This document shows positions 37,035-49,090 of a stretch of 64,000 nt of DNA, piece by piece. Source of the stretch: Mobula hypostoma (taxonomy: Eukaryota); assembly GCF_963921235.1 (NCBI RefSeq), contig NC_086108.1, positions 89,220,001-89,284,000 on the forward strand, given 5' to 3'. The notes beneath the pieces are model-generated. The model saw nothing but the letters and a program-made list of their open reading frames with translations, made no database searches and was not told the DNA's origin. The translations under genes and the position numbers were made by a program. Every line of letters starts with the position of its first letter. The stretch's first letter is position 1.

Positions 37035-39010
37035 ATAAGACTGTAAAACCATAAGGTACAGTAGCAGAATTAGGCCATTTGGTCCATCCAGACTGCTCTG
37101 CCATTTCATCATGACCGATCTAATTTTCAGCCCCAATCTGCTGCCTTCTCCCCGCATCCCTTCATGTCCTGAGCAATCAAGAATCTATCAACTACTGCCT
37201 TAAATATACATAAAAGCTTGACCTCCATAGCGGCCTGTGGCAAAGAATTCCATAGATTCACCACTCTGGCTAAAGAAATTTCTCCTCATCTCCATTCTAA
37301 AAGGATGCCCCTCCAAATCATTGACATATAACATAAAAGGAATCGGTGCTAACACAAACGCCTGTGGAACACTGCTATTCACCAGCAGCCAACCAGAAAA
37401 GGCTCCCTTTATTCCCACTCTTTGCCTTCTGTCCATCACCCACTACTTTATCCATGCTAGAATTTTTCCTATAATGCCATGGGCTCATAATTTGTTAAAT
37501 CGTCTCATTTGTGGCACCTTGTCAAAGACATTCTGATAATCCAAGAACACAAAATCAACCAATTCTTCTTTATCTAACTTGCTTGTTATTTCTTCAAAGA
37601 ATTCCAACAGATTCGTCAGGCAAAATTTTCCCTTGAGGAAACTATGATGACTACGGCCTGTTTTATCACGTGCCTCCAAGTACCTTCAGATCTCATCCTT
37701 AATAATTCACTCCAACATCTTCCTAACCACTGAGGTCAGACTGACTGGCCTATAATTTCCTTTTCTCTGCCTCTCTCCTTTCTTGAAGTGTGGAGTGACA
37801 TTTACAATTTTCCAGTCTTCAGGGAGCATTCCAGCATCTGGTGATTCTTGAAAGATCATTACTAATGCCTCCATAGTCTCTTCAACCCTCTCTTTCAAAA
37901 CCCTGCAGAATAAACCATCTGGTCCAGGTGACTTATCCACCTTCAGACCTTTCAGATTCCCAAGAATCTCCTCTCTAGAAATGGCAACTTCACACACTTC
38001 ATGACCCCTGATACCTGGAACTTCCACTATACTGTTAGCATCTTCCATAGTGAACATAGAATAGTACAGCACATTACAGGCCCTTCGGCCCACAATGTTG
38101 TGCTGACCCTCAAACCCCGCCTCCCATATAACCTCCCACCTTAAATTCCTCCATATGCCCGTCCAGTAGTCTCTTAAACTTCACGAGTGTATCTGCCTCC
38201 ATCACAGTCTCAGGCAGTGCTTTCTACACACCAACCACTCTCTGAGTAAAAAAACCTTCCTCTAATATCCCCCTTGAATGTCCCACCCCTTACCTTAAAG
38301 CCACGTCCTCTTGTATTCAGCAGTGGTGCCCTGGGGAAGAGGCGCTGGCTATCCACTCTATCTATTCCTCTTATTATCTTGTACACCACTATCATATCTC
38401 CTCTCATCCTCCTTCTCTCCAAAGAGTAAAGCCCTAGCTCCCTTAATCTCTGACCGTAATGTATACTCTCTAAACCAGGCAGCATCCTGGTAAATCTCCT
38501 CTGTACCCTTTCCAATGCTTCCACATCCTTCCTATAGTGAGGTGACCAGAACTGGACACAGTACTCCAAGTGTAGCCTAACCAGAATTTTATAGAGCTGC
38601 ATCATTACATCGCGACTTTTAAACTCTATCCCTCGACTTATGAAAGCTAACACCCCATAAGCTTCCTTAACTACCGTATCCACCTGTGAGGCAACTTTCA
38701 GGGATCTGTTGACATGTACCCCCAGATCCCTCTGCTCCTCCACACTACCAAGTATCCTGCCAATTACTTTGTACTCTGCCTTGGAGTTTGTCCTTTTTAA
38801 GTGTACCACCTCACACTTCTCTGGGTTGAACTCCATCTGCCACTTCTCAGCCCACTTCTGCATCCTATCAATGTCTGTCTGCAATCCTCGACAATCCTCT
38901 ACACTATCTACAACACCACCAACCTTTGTGTCGTCTGCAAACTTGCCAACCCACTCTTCTACCCCCACATCCAAGTCGTTAATAAAATGAAGACTGACAC
39001 AAAGTACTTA
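37035..39010 (-). mobile_element. CR1 fragment (antisense) nested in CR1 and itself split by a younger CR1
   Basis: ORFs 37707-38093, 37485-37679 and 37200-37439. The sequence tcttccatagtgaa (38041) resumes as tgaagactgacacaaag (38988). Confidence 0.75.
38055..38987 (-). mobile_element. Young 5'-truncated CR1, same subfamily as 5818-7141
   Basis: ORF 38210-38974 is nearly identical to the C-terminal half of the 5734-7071 product, with the same 3' UTR and tail. Confidence 0.9.
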
Positions 39011-39904
39011 TCCTTGGGGACAAACTGTTCAGGAGGGATTAAACTAATTTGGCAGGGACTGCAGTGATAGGGCTGATGATGAGCAGACTCAATGTGTAGT
39101 GAGACTTCTAGCAAGGAGAGGCCGAAAATTGGCCAAAATTGCAATGAACGGGATGAGGTACAATGTAAAAGAGGGACAAAATCGAAAAGGCTGACTAAAG
39201 GTGTTCCATTTGAATGCAGGCAGTTTACAAAATAAAGTAGGTGAACTTGTAGCACAGTTACAGATTGGCATGTGTGAAGTTATGGGCATCACTGAATCGT
39301 GGCTGAAAGAACATTATAGCTGGGAGCTTAACGTCCAAGGATTCACATTGTATCAAAAGGACATGCAGGCAGAGAGGATGGGTGGCTCTAATAGTAAAGA
39401 ATGAAATCAAATCACTAGGAGGAGTTGACGTAGGATTGGAAGGTGGAGAATTGTTGAGGGTAGAGCTAAGACATTGCAAGGGTAAAAAGATCCTGATGGG
39501 AGTTGTATACCGATCTCCAAACAGTAGTAAAGATGTTATATACAAATTACAATGGAATATAGAAAATGCATGTGAAAAGGACAACGTTATGGTAGTCATC
39601 AAGGATTTCAATATACAGGTAGATTGGGAAAAGTAGGTGGTGCTGGATCCCAAGACGGGGAATTTGTAGAATGCCTACAAGATGGCTTTTTAGAGCAGCT
39701 CGTGGTTGAGTCCACTAGGGAATCAACAATTCTGAATTGAGTGTTGTGCAATGAACCCGAATTGATTAGACAGCTTAAGGTAAAGGAACCCTTAGGGGTT
39801 ATAATAATCATAATATGATAGAATTCTCCCTGCAATTTGAGAAAGAGAAGCTAAAGTCAGTTGTGTCAGTATTACATTGGAGTAAAGGGCATTACAGAGG
39901 CATT

Positions 39905-40161
39905 AGGTGCAGAAGAGATGTCAGGGATAGGTTTTTTACGCAGAGAGTGGTGAGTGTGTGGAATGGGCTGCCAGCAGCGGTAGTAGAGGTGGAAATGATA
40001 GGGTCTTTTAAGTGACTCCTGGATAGCTACATGGAGCTTAGAAAAATAGAGAACTATGGGTAAAGCCTAGGTAGTTCTAAGGTAGGGACATGTTCTGCAC
40101 AGCTTTGTGGGCCGAAGGGCCTGTATTGTGCTGCATGTTTTCTATGTTTCTATGTTTCTAT
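39905..40161 (+). mobile_element. Short CR1 3' fragment nested in CR1
   Basis: RFFTQRVVSVWN motif and (tttctatg)n tail. Confidence 0.7.
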
Positions 40162-40708
40162 ATGAGAGAAGAGCTGGGCAGAATTATTTGGAAGGGAACA
40201 CTAGTAGGGTTATGCTAGAGTAGCAATAGCAACTAAAAAAGTCATAAAGAAAGAAAAGATGGAATATGAAGGTAAGCTAGCCAATAATATTAAAGGAAAT
40301 ACAGAGTGATATATATCTTCAGCTATATAAAGTGTAAAAGAGGGGCAAGAGTAGATATTAGCTGCTGGAAAATTATGCTAGAGAGGTAGAAATGGGGGAC
40401 AAGAAAATGGCAGATGAACTGAATAAGTATTTGCATCAGTCTTCACTGTGGAAGACACTAGCAGTAAGATCGAGAGTGCCAGGTGGCAGAAGTCTACCAG
40501 GTTGCCATTACTAAGGAGAAGCTGTTTGGGAAAATGAAAGTTCTGTTGGTAGATAGGTTATTTAGACAAGACAACCTGCACCCCAGTGTCCTGAAAGAGG
40601 TGGCTTAAGAGATTCTAGAGGTATTATTAACGATCTTTCAAGAATCAATGGATTCCAGCATGGTTCCAGAGGACTGGAAAATTGCAAACGTTACTTTGCT
40701 CCTGTTTA

Positions 40709-41832
40709 AGATGTTGCTGGTGATGCCCACTGTCCTACTTATTGATGGCAAAATACAGAACTAGGAAAACTACTGAACACCTTATGAGTGTCACTTCATT
40801 AATAACGATCACCACTAATATTGGGGAGGTGTGCAGAGGTGAGACTAGGGGAGGTAGAGGTGGAAGACAATGCATGGTAGAGGTAAGTGGAAGTGGGACT
40901 GAGGAAAGTCTCGCTGTCAGGTCGGTATAAGTGCCAGGCCAAATTGGAAAGGTCAGGTATTGGCCAAATCGTGGTGGCAGGGTCCAGGTCCCAGAGCTGT
41001 CTGAGAGTGTTTGGATGATTCGAGCGCCGGGGCAGATTGTAAAGGTCAGGGTTTCGGGACTGGAGGTAATGGTTGGGCCAGTTCTGCTCACTGCTCCGCA
41101 AAGTTTACTCAGATCTGCGCTGAACTGAGGCTGCGACTCGTTCCAGCTACAGGGGTGCCTGGCTTTGTGTATGTGGTCCTACAACATTTAATTGGCCCTA
41201 TGATGAACTGAGGCTGTGGGTTGCTCCAGCTTCTGTCATGTCTGGCTTCATTCTGAGTGTTATTTGCTTGCTGACACTGTTTGCATGATTTTGTTTTTCT
41301 CTGTGCATTGGGTGTTTGATGTTTTTTTTAAATGGGTTCTTTTGGGGTTTCTTTGTGTAAAAGAGTTATGTTATATGGCTCAGAATGTGGGACAATATCT
41401 AGGCAACAAATTGCAGCAACAGAGATGTGGTTTTTGAGGAGGATGCAAAGAATATCATGGACAAAACGAATATCTAACAAGGATGTCATGAACAGAGCAA
41501 ACACAAAAAGGGAAATAATGTATGAGATCATGAAAAGGCGATGTAAATTCATTGAACATGTGATTAGGAAAGAGGAGTTAGAATGCACGGTAATTATGGG
41601 AAAGATTGAAGGGAAGAAAGCAAGAGGAAGACAAAGACAAATGATGATGGAAACAGCAGCCAGAGAATTGGAAATGAATACCAATGAATTGATCCACTTG
41701 ACCCGAAATGGGAGTGTGTGAGCCATGGCAGTCAAATCTCAAACTGGGCATGGCACCTGATGATGATGATGAAAGGAGATGAATCTCGGGGTTGTATAAT
41801 GTATACGTACTTTGATAATGTACTTTGAACTT
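40709..41832 (+). mobile_element. Unclassified non-coding retroposon with Rex1-like tail, nested in CR1 and hosting an RTE fragment
   Basis: Interrupts the CR1 frame between ANVTLL and (F)KK. Tail actttgataatgtactttgaacttt. Candidate TSD tt(t/c)aag. Confidence 0.55.
41365..41772 (+). mobile_element. RTE LINE 3' fragment, same family as 14132-21670
   Basis: Near-identical to 21257-21670, with a (tga)n tail. Confidence 0.88.
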
Positions 41833-43154
41833 TCAAGAAGAGAGTGAGGCAGAAGAAAGAAAACTACAGACCAGTTAGCCTGACCACAGTGATTGGGAAG
41901 ATGTTGGAGTCGATTGTTAAGGTTGTGGTTTAGGGATACTTGGAGGAACATGATAAAATAGGCTGTAGTCAGCCTGGTCTCCTAAAGGGAAAATCTTGCC
42001 TGACAAATCTGATGGAATTCTTTGAAGAAATAACAAGCAGGATAGACAAAAGAGAATCAGTTGATGCTGTGTAGCTGGATTTTCAGAAGGTATTGGTTGA
42101 TTGGCAGGAGGCAAAGAGTAGAAATAAAGGGAGCCTTTTCTGATTGGCTGCTGGTGACCAGTTGTGTTCCACAGAGGTCTATGTTGGGACTGTTTCATTT
42201 ATGTTATATGTCAATGATGGAATTAATGGCTTTTTAGCCAAGTTTGTAGACGATAGAAAGATCTGTGGAAATGGAGGTAGTATTGAGGAAGTAGAGAGGC
42301 TACAGAAGGACTTAGACAGATTAGGAGAATGGGCAAATAAGTGGCAGATGGAATGCAGTGTCAGGAAGTATACGGTCATGCACTGTGGTAGAAGAAATAA
42401 AAGCATAGACTATTTTCTAAATGGAGGGAAAATTCAAAAATCTGAGGCCCAAAGATCTTGGAAGCCCTCATGCAGGATCCCCTAAATGTTAATTTGCAGG
42501 TTGAGTCAATGGTGAGGAAGAAAGATGCGATGTTAGCATTCATTTTCAGAGGACTAGAATGCAAAAGCAAAGATGTAATGTTGAGACTTTATAAAGCACT
42601 GGTGAGGTTTCACTTAGAGTATGATGAGCAGTTCTGGGCCCCTCATCTAAGAAAGGATGTGCTGCCATTGGAGAGGGTTCAAAGGATGCTCACGAAAACG
42701 ATTCTGGGATTGAATAGCTTATCATATGAAGAGCATTTGATGGCTCTGGATCAATCCTCACTGAATTTCAGAAAAATTAGGGTGATCTCATTGAAACCTA
42801 TTAAATGTTGAAAGGCCTTGATAGATTAGATTTGGGTCGTTGTTTCCTATCGTGGGGGAGTCTAAGACCAGAGAGCACAGCCTCAGAATAGAGGGATGTC
42901 CATTTAGAATGGTGATGGGAAAGAGTTTCGTCAGCCAGAGAGTGGTGAATCTGTGGAATTTGTTGCCGCAGGCAGCTGTGGAGGCCAAGTCAGTGGGTAT
43001 GTTTAAGGCAGAGATTGACAGATTATTGATTAGTCAGGCATGAAGGGATACAGGGTGAAGGCAGGAGATTGGAGCTGAGAAGGAATGGGGAGTGGACCCA
43101 ATAGGTCAAATGGTCTAATTATGTTCATATATCTTCTCATCTTCTGGTCTTAAG

Positions 43155-44135
43155 TTCAGAATCAGAATCAGAATCAGAATCAGAATCAAGTTTATTATCA
43201 CCAGCATGCGTCATGAAATTTGTTAAGTTATCAGCAGCAGTACAATGCAATACATGATAATATGGAATGAAGAAATAAATACATAAATAAATAAATAAAT
43301 TACGGTAAGTATTTATATGTATATTGAATAGTTTAAAATAGTGCAAAACTGAAATAATATGTATTTTAAAAAAAAGTAAGGTTGTGTTCATGGGTTCAAT
43401 GTCCATTAGGAACCATATGGCAGAGGGGAAGAAGCTGATCCTGAATTGCTGAGTGTGTGCCTTCAGGCTTCTGTACCTCCTTCCTGGCGGTAACAGTGAG
43501 AAGTGGGTATGCATGCCCTGGGTGATGGGGGTCCTTAATAATGGACGTCGCCTTTCTGAGGCACCATTCCTTGAAGATGCTTTAGGTTCCACAGAGGCTA
43601 GTACCCAAGATGGAGCTGCCTAATTTTATGAATTAAGACTAGCTTCTTTCAGTCCTGTGCAGTATCCAACCACCCCCCCCGCCCCTTACTGGGCAGTGAT
43701 GCAGTCTCTCAGAATGCCCTCTACGATACATCTATAGAAGTTTTCAAGGGTTTTAGTTGACAAACCAGATCTCTTCAAACTCCTAATGAAATATAGCCAC
43801 TGACTTGCGGCCTTTATAACGTGGCCAAGTGGTTAAGGCGTTTGTCTAGTGATCTGAAGGTTGCTAGTTCAAGCCCCAGCTGTGGCAGCGTGTTTGTGCC
43901 CTTGAGCAAGGCACTTAATCACACATTGCTCTAGTCTGTGCGAGGAGTGGCGCCCCACACAGACTTCCAATCTGTGCCTTGTAAGGCATGAAAATGCCCG
44001 ACACAGGCCTCTCATTGTCTGAGTCGACGTTCCCTCCCCCCTATATGTTGGGACCAAGTTAGATCCTCAGAGATCTTGACACTCAGGAACTTAAAACTGC
44101 TTACTCTCTCCACTTCTGATCCCTCTATGAGGACT
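43155..44135 (-). mobile_element. Rex1/Babar-like 3' fragment
   Basis: FSLLPPGRRYRSLK..T...R.SFFPSAI motif and (tctgat)n tail at 43158-43188. Confidence 0.7.
43821..44040 (+). mobile_element. tRNA-derived SINE nested in the Rex-like fragment
   Basis: tRNA-like head gtggccaagtggttaaggcg...agttcaagcccc, then body gtgcccttgagcaaggcacttaa. Confidence 0.7.
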
Positions 44136-44431
44136 AGTCTTAATTTTCAGTTTGTAAACTCTCACACCCATACTGACTATCTGTCTTCTGCCTTGTTCAC
44201 TCCACAGTGAGGTCTAATACAAGCTAGAATTGCAGCACCCTGGTCGCATGCAAACCAATGGTATGAATATAGAATACTACAGCCCCGGTAACCCACACTC
44301 TCAGTATTGTTTCTCACTCCCATCAGTCCACCAAGTTTCTTTCTCATTTTCCACACTTTGTACTATCATAAACAGAACCAACTCTACAGATAAGAAAATT
44401 CTTTTGGCCAGAACGGTCTCTGATACAATCA

Positions 44432-44782
44432 CAAACACGAGGAATTCTGCAGATGCTGGAAATTCAAGCAACACACCTTGAAGTTGCTGGTGAACGCAGC
44501 AGGCCAGGCAGCATCTCTAGGAAGAGGTACAGTCGACGTTTCGGGCCGAGACCCTTCGTCAGGACTAACTGAAGGAAGAGCTAGTAAGAGATTTGAAAGC
44601 GGGGGGGGGGGGGGTCTCCTATCATTTTGGATCTCCCCCTCCCCCTCCCACTTTCAAATCTCTTACTAGCTCTTCCTTCAGTTAGTCCTGACGAAGGGTC
44701 TCGGCGTGAAACGTCAACTGGACCTCTTCCTAGAGATGCTGCCTGGCCTGCTGCATTCACCAGCAACTTTGAGGTGTGTTGG
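44432..44782. mobile_element. Fold-back pair of Penelope 3' ends with two opposed hammerheads
   Basis: 13-bp TSD tctgatacaatca (44419-44431 and 44783-44795). Arms ~44468-44600 and ~44650-44781 are inverted copies. Confidence 0.88.
44531..44566 (-). ncRNA. Minimal type I hammerhead ribozyme (Penelope type), consensus-perfect
   Basis: AGUC-CUGACGA-A-GGG-UCUCGG-CCC-GAAAC-GUC-GACU. Stem I AGUC/GACU, stem II GGG/CCC, self-complementary ACGU in place of stem III. Confidence 0.8.
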
Positions 44783-45000
44783 TCTGATACAATCAATTTA
44801 TATCATGATACAGGCTGCAGACAAAGGAGCTACAAAAATACAGAACCGGTCCTACTACAAATAACTGAAAATCCACTGATCCTTTACAGACAAACAGGAG
44901 ATTATACAAAGATATAAGCAAGCACAAAGAAGGTTAAACTACAAGAAAACCATCAATTTAGACCTAATGCAACACTGCCTAATCATCTCCCCTATTCCCA

Positions 45001-45642
45001 TGTAATGCCCTGGTTCGTATCTTTACTGTTATGCTGTAGGTATTTCATTTAGCAGCTCTAAGAACTGTTTGTTCTGCTTTCAGCCTGTTTGGGTTATTGT
45101 TGAAGATAAGAGATGATGTGGAATGTGTGCCATCCAATCTGCTGGAAGTTTTTCTTGGTGAGGGACAATAAGGTTGGTCTTGGGTTTTTTTTGGAGAGGA
45201 GATGAAGAGAGAAGTTGTTGGGAAGAACCGGTCGTAGCATATAATCCAGTGGGAGACCGGTTTGTTCGAGATGGATTGCGAATGACACTCGGAAAGTGGT
45301 GTGTGTTTTCATGTTGACCAAGGACCCAACGCATGAGTGACAGAGAATTTCAAGATGAGCTCCAACTTGTGCACATTTGACTGTTTAACTAGAATGGGCC
45401 CTTTTCTTTTTGCTATTCTTTACTAACCCTTCAGTTAAAATTCATAAATATAATTCCCTTAATCGTATACAGTGTATTGTCTGCTATTTCCTGGCATTAA
45501 TTTGTACAGGGTAGCAAATGACGCAGCATCCACATAAACTGAGGTTTGGGGTGGGATCAGGTGAGCTTCAATCTCTAAAGTTTGGCAGGGCCTGAGGTTG
45601 TCTTCCCTGGACTTACATAGCCAAGGAAACCAGGGTGTTTCA
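45001..45642 (+). mobile_element. Solo LTR related to the Gypsy LTRs at 54988-56913 and 62946-63479
   Basis: TGTAA...TTTCA termini, 4-bp TSD ccca. The start tgtaatgccctgg...tactgttatgctg resembles the reverse complement of 63435-63479. Confidence 0.8.
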
Positions 45643-47889
45643 CCCATTTATAAATTCCCGTCAATTACCTGCCGGTCTCTATCACAACTCCCTTTGCCTT
45701 CCCCACCTGGCGCCATCAGTCGATTATTTAGTTCCTTCTGTCACCAACCAGTCTCATTGAAATACTGGCTATCTTCCCATTACACTCCCAGTTCTGACAC
45801 AGTGTCTTAACCTGAAAGATCAATCATCCCTTTGTTTCCACAGATGCTGCTTGGCTGCTAAGTTCTTCATCCAATTTAATATTTAACACTATTCATAGTG
45901 GGAAAGAGCAGAAATGGGGCCGATGCCAAGCGAGAGGGTGGAGTGTCTGAATTGAGAAGTGTTACACAAATATGGCATTAAGGGTGACTATGATGCTCAC
46001 CATATAGGCTGGAAATTCGGTTGGATGACACTTTTATCAAGGTTATGCAGACAAATTTTGTTTTTTTTTGTTTGGCAGAATGAAGTACACTAACTACAAT
46101 TTTCAACTCTTCCCTTTGATCAGATGCTATGTGGCTAATGTTCCTCATTTGTTGTGATTTCTGCTTCAGCTATAATTAGGTTGATGCCATTCACTATATG
46201 CAATATTTCTCTTTTCTGAGCATCCCAGAGAGACTTGGAGTATGTTGTCCTAGGATCACACTCCACTGGGCACTGAAGTCACAATGTGATCAATCTAGCA
46301 CAGTGCCAGACTAGAACAGCTGTCAGGTACTGTATGTGAATTACCTTCACCACTAGGATCACCTTATTTCACAGAGGCATCCATCCCAGTCACTAACTGA
46401 ACATCACTGACCTGCAACCCTTTTGCCCACACTGCCTCACACTGCCGGATGCCTATTAATATAAGGCTGTATTTCAATCCCAAACATCTTAACACCCAGC
46501 AATCCTCCCAGCCACCCCCTCTTTGCAACTACCAGCTGCTGGCCTTAGCATCCAAATGAATCTCTTTCCTCACACCAAGTCTAGGCTTCAATTCCACTTC
46601 CACCTCCAGCCCAACTTACAGGAGAGCATAAGGTAATCAGAATCGGAGTCACTTTATTGCTAGTATGTGAAAGTGGTTGTGGTTCGATGGCAGGCATAAA
46701 ACACAGTTCAATACCATAACAGACAACACAATAGCAACCAACATCTTACAAGACAATAGTGCAAACAACCATGAGCAATCAACAATTGGCAGAGCGATCA
46801 CATGTGCAAATGTCAATAATTAAGCTTAAATAAATGTGAACAAATGAACAGACTCAATAATTATCAACGGAACAAGGAGAGCTGGGAAGACCATTTAATG
46901 GATGCTTTGCAGGGACAGTTTTGATAAGAAGCTGGAGAGCTACAGGAAAGAAGTTTCAGAGGTGACATGTAGCCCTGGTGGTGATGGATGTGTAGCATCT
47001 CTCTGGCAATTTGGTTAATAGGATGGATGGAGTCAGCAGTAAAATTTTCAGCTCTTTTCTTTGCTCTGGCAATGAACAGGTCTTTTAGTGTTGGCTGCTG
47101 ACAGCCAATGACAGCAACAAAGCCAAAGGGGTCCAGCCTGTCATTGTTTAGTTGTGATTTAATAGATTGAACTGGGATACTTCATTTTCTACCTTAATCT
47201 TGTATCCGGAACTGTGTAAAATATTATGCAATTACCTAAAGATGAGTTTGATCTTTCTGTATCTGAGAACCCTTTAACATATTACCTATCATGCAAATGT
47301 TTATGAAATTAATACTTGTGCTGTTTATTTCTTGTTTATCTCTCTTCGAGAAACCTTTAATGGGATTGGCTGCTCAATCAGCTTTCATTATTAGTTTGCA
47401 GACCCATCAATTCACCAATGTCTCATGTATGCCCAGACTTGAAATCAGACCAAGGAAAAAGGAGTGACAAACAGCATGAAAAAGTGGAGGAGTGGTGGCT
47501 GCATCACTCATGAGAAATGAATGGCTTCAAATCCTCAGCTGTAGGTGTCAATAAGATTTTAATTCACAGATGTGGCAGGTCCAGCACCAGAGGGAAGGAA
47601 ACTCCAAGAAGGGACTAAGGAATGTGAAAGGGAGAAGTGGAAGGCAAAGAAATGATGAACAAAAAGATTGGTGGTATTGTGTTTGGAGCTGATGGTTGTC
47701 ATGGGTTGAAACAGGACATTGACAAGAGGATACACACAAAATACTGTAAGAATTGAGAAGGCAAGTGTAATAAAGATTTTCACCTGAAACATTGACTATT
47801 TGTTCTTTCCTATGGATACTGCCTGACCTGCCGAGTTCCGCCAGTATGTTGGTGTGTTGCTCTGGATTTCCAACGTCTTGCGTTTATGA

Positions 47890-49090
47890 CATAGGTAGGC
47901 TGCAGAGTTGGGCTGAGAGTTGGTAGATGCAGTTAAATTCGGAAAAGTGTGCCATCATACACTTTGGAATGTCGAACTTGAATAGGGGACATGGTTGATA
48001 GCAGGATTCTTAGCAATGTTGAGGAACAGATAGATCTTGAGCTTCCAGTCCATATGTATATTTGTCAAAGGTGCTGTGCAAATTGGTAGGGTGGTTAAGA
48101 AGGTTTATGATATGTTGGCCTTCATTAGTCAACCTTGAGTTGAAGACCCGTGAAGTATGTAAGAGCTCTGTCAAACTCTGTTTAGACCATACTTGTGTTT
48201 GGTCTGGTCACGTCATTATAGGAAGGATGTAGAAGCTTTAGAGAGGTTGCAGTGGAGATTTACCAGGATACTGTCTGGATTAGAGAGTATGTCTTATGAG
48301 GGAAGACTGAGTGAGTGAAGGCTTTTCTGTTTGGAGTGAAGGAGGATTTTTAATGTCGTATAGGATTATAAGAGGCATAGAGTGGACAGCCAGCACCTTC
48401 TTCCCATGGTGAAAATGGCTAATACAAGAGGGCGTAATTTTAAGGTAATTGGATGAAAGTATAGAGGGATATCAGAAGTAGTTTTTTTTTACACAGCATG
48501 GTGGATGGCAGGATGAAGATAAATCTCTACCAATGAAAGTGTCAGATGCTCCTTCCCTCCATTAGCCTAGGGGTCATCCTTAGGCAAGGTGTAGCACCTG
48601 CTTAGCACTCCCCCCCGCCCCCGATCAGGTCACATGAGCAATGGGAGTAGGTGGTGGATGGTCATATGAGCAGCTGGTGCATATCACAAGTCCTGGTAAT
48701 ACAACCACGAACACCAGGCGGACAATCTCTGAAGAGTATTGATAATGGCTAGGGTCACCTGTCTTGTAAAGACTGCACAGAAGAAGGCAACGGCAAACTA
48801 CTTCTGTAGAAAATTTGCCAAGCACAAGCATGGTCATGGAAAGACCATGAATGGTCCATGTCATACATCACGGTACATAACAAATAGAGGATGTGTGAAA
48901 CATGCTGCCAGGGTGGTAGTAGAGTCAGATACGTTAGGTTTATTTAAGATAAATAAACACATGGATGGATGATAGAGAAATGGAGGGCCTTGTGGGAGAG
49001 GAGAGTTAGACTGATTTTGGAGTAGATTAAAAGGTCAGTACAACATTATGAGCTGAAGGGCCTGTACTTTGCTGTACTATTCTATTGTCT
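47890..49090 (+). mobile_element. Degraded CR1 3' portion interrupted at ~48500-48885
   Basis: Nucleotide similarity to 6320-7140. Confidence 0.75.
48500..48885 (+). mobile_element. Non-coding RTE-type short retroposon, family C
   Basis: Interrupts CR1. Contains agaaggcaacggcaaactacttctgta...ttgccaag, resembling the BovB/RTE UTR box. Possible 5' HDV-like fold. Confidence 0.6.

Larger units (their letters stand above)
36905..43135 (+). mobile_element. Old, heavily interrupted CR1 (ORF1 end 36905-37034, then 39010-43135)
   Basis: APE fragments (FHLNAGS..NK, GITESWL, YRSPNS), RT fragments (FVDD) and CR1 3' UTR. Hosts several later insertions. Confidence 0.75.

Noticed and set aside
43821..43895. 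Functional tRNA gene
   Set aside because: No good acceptor stem, and it continues into a SINE body nested in another repeat.
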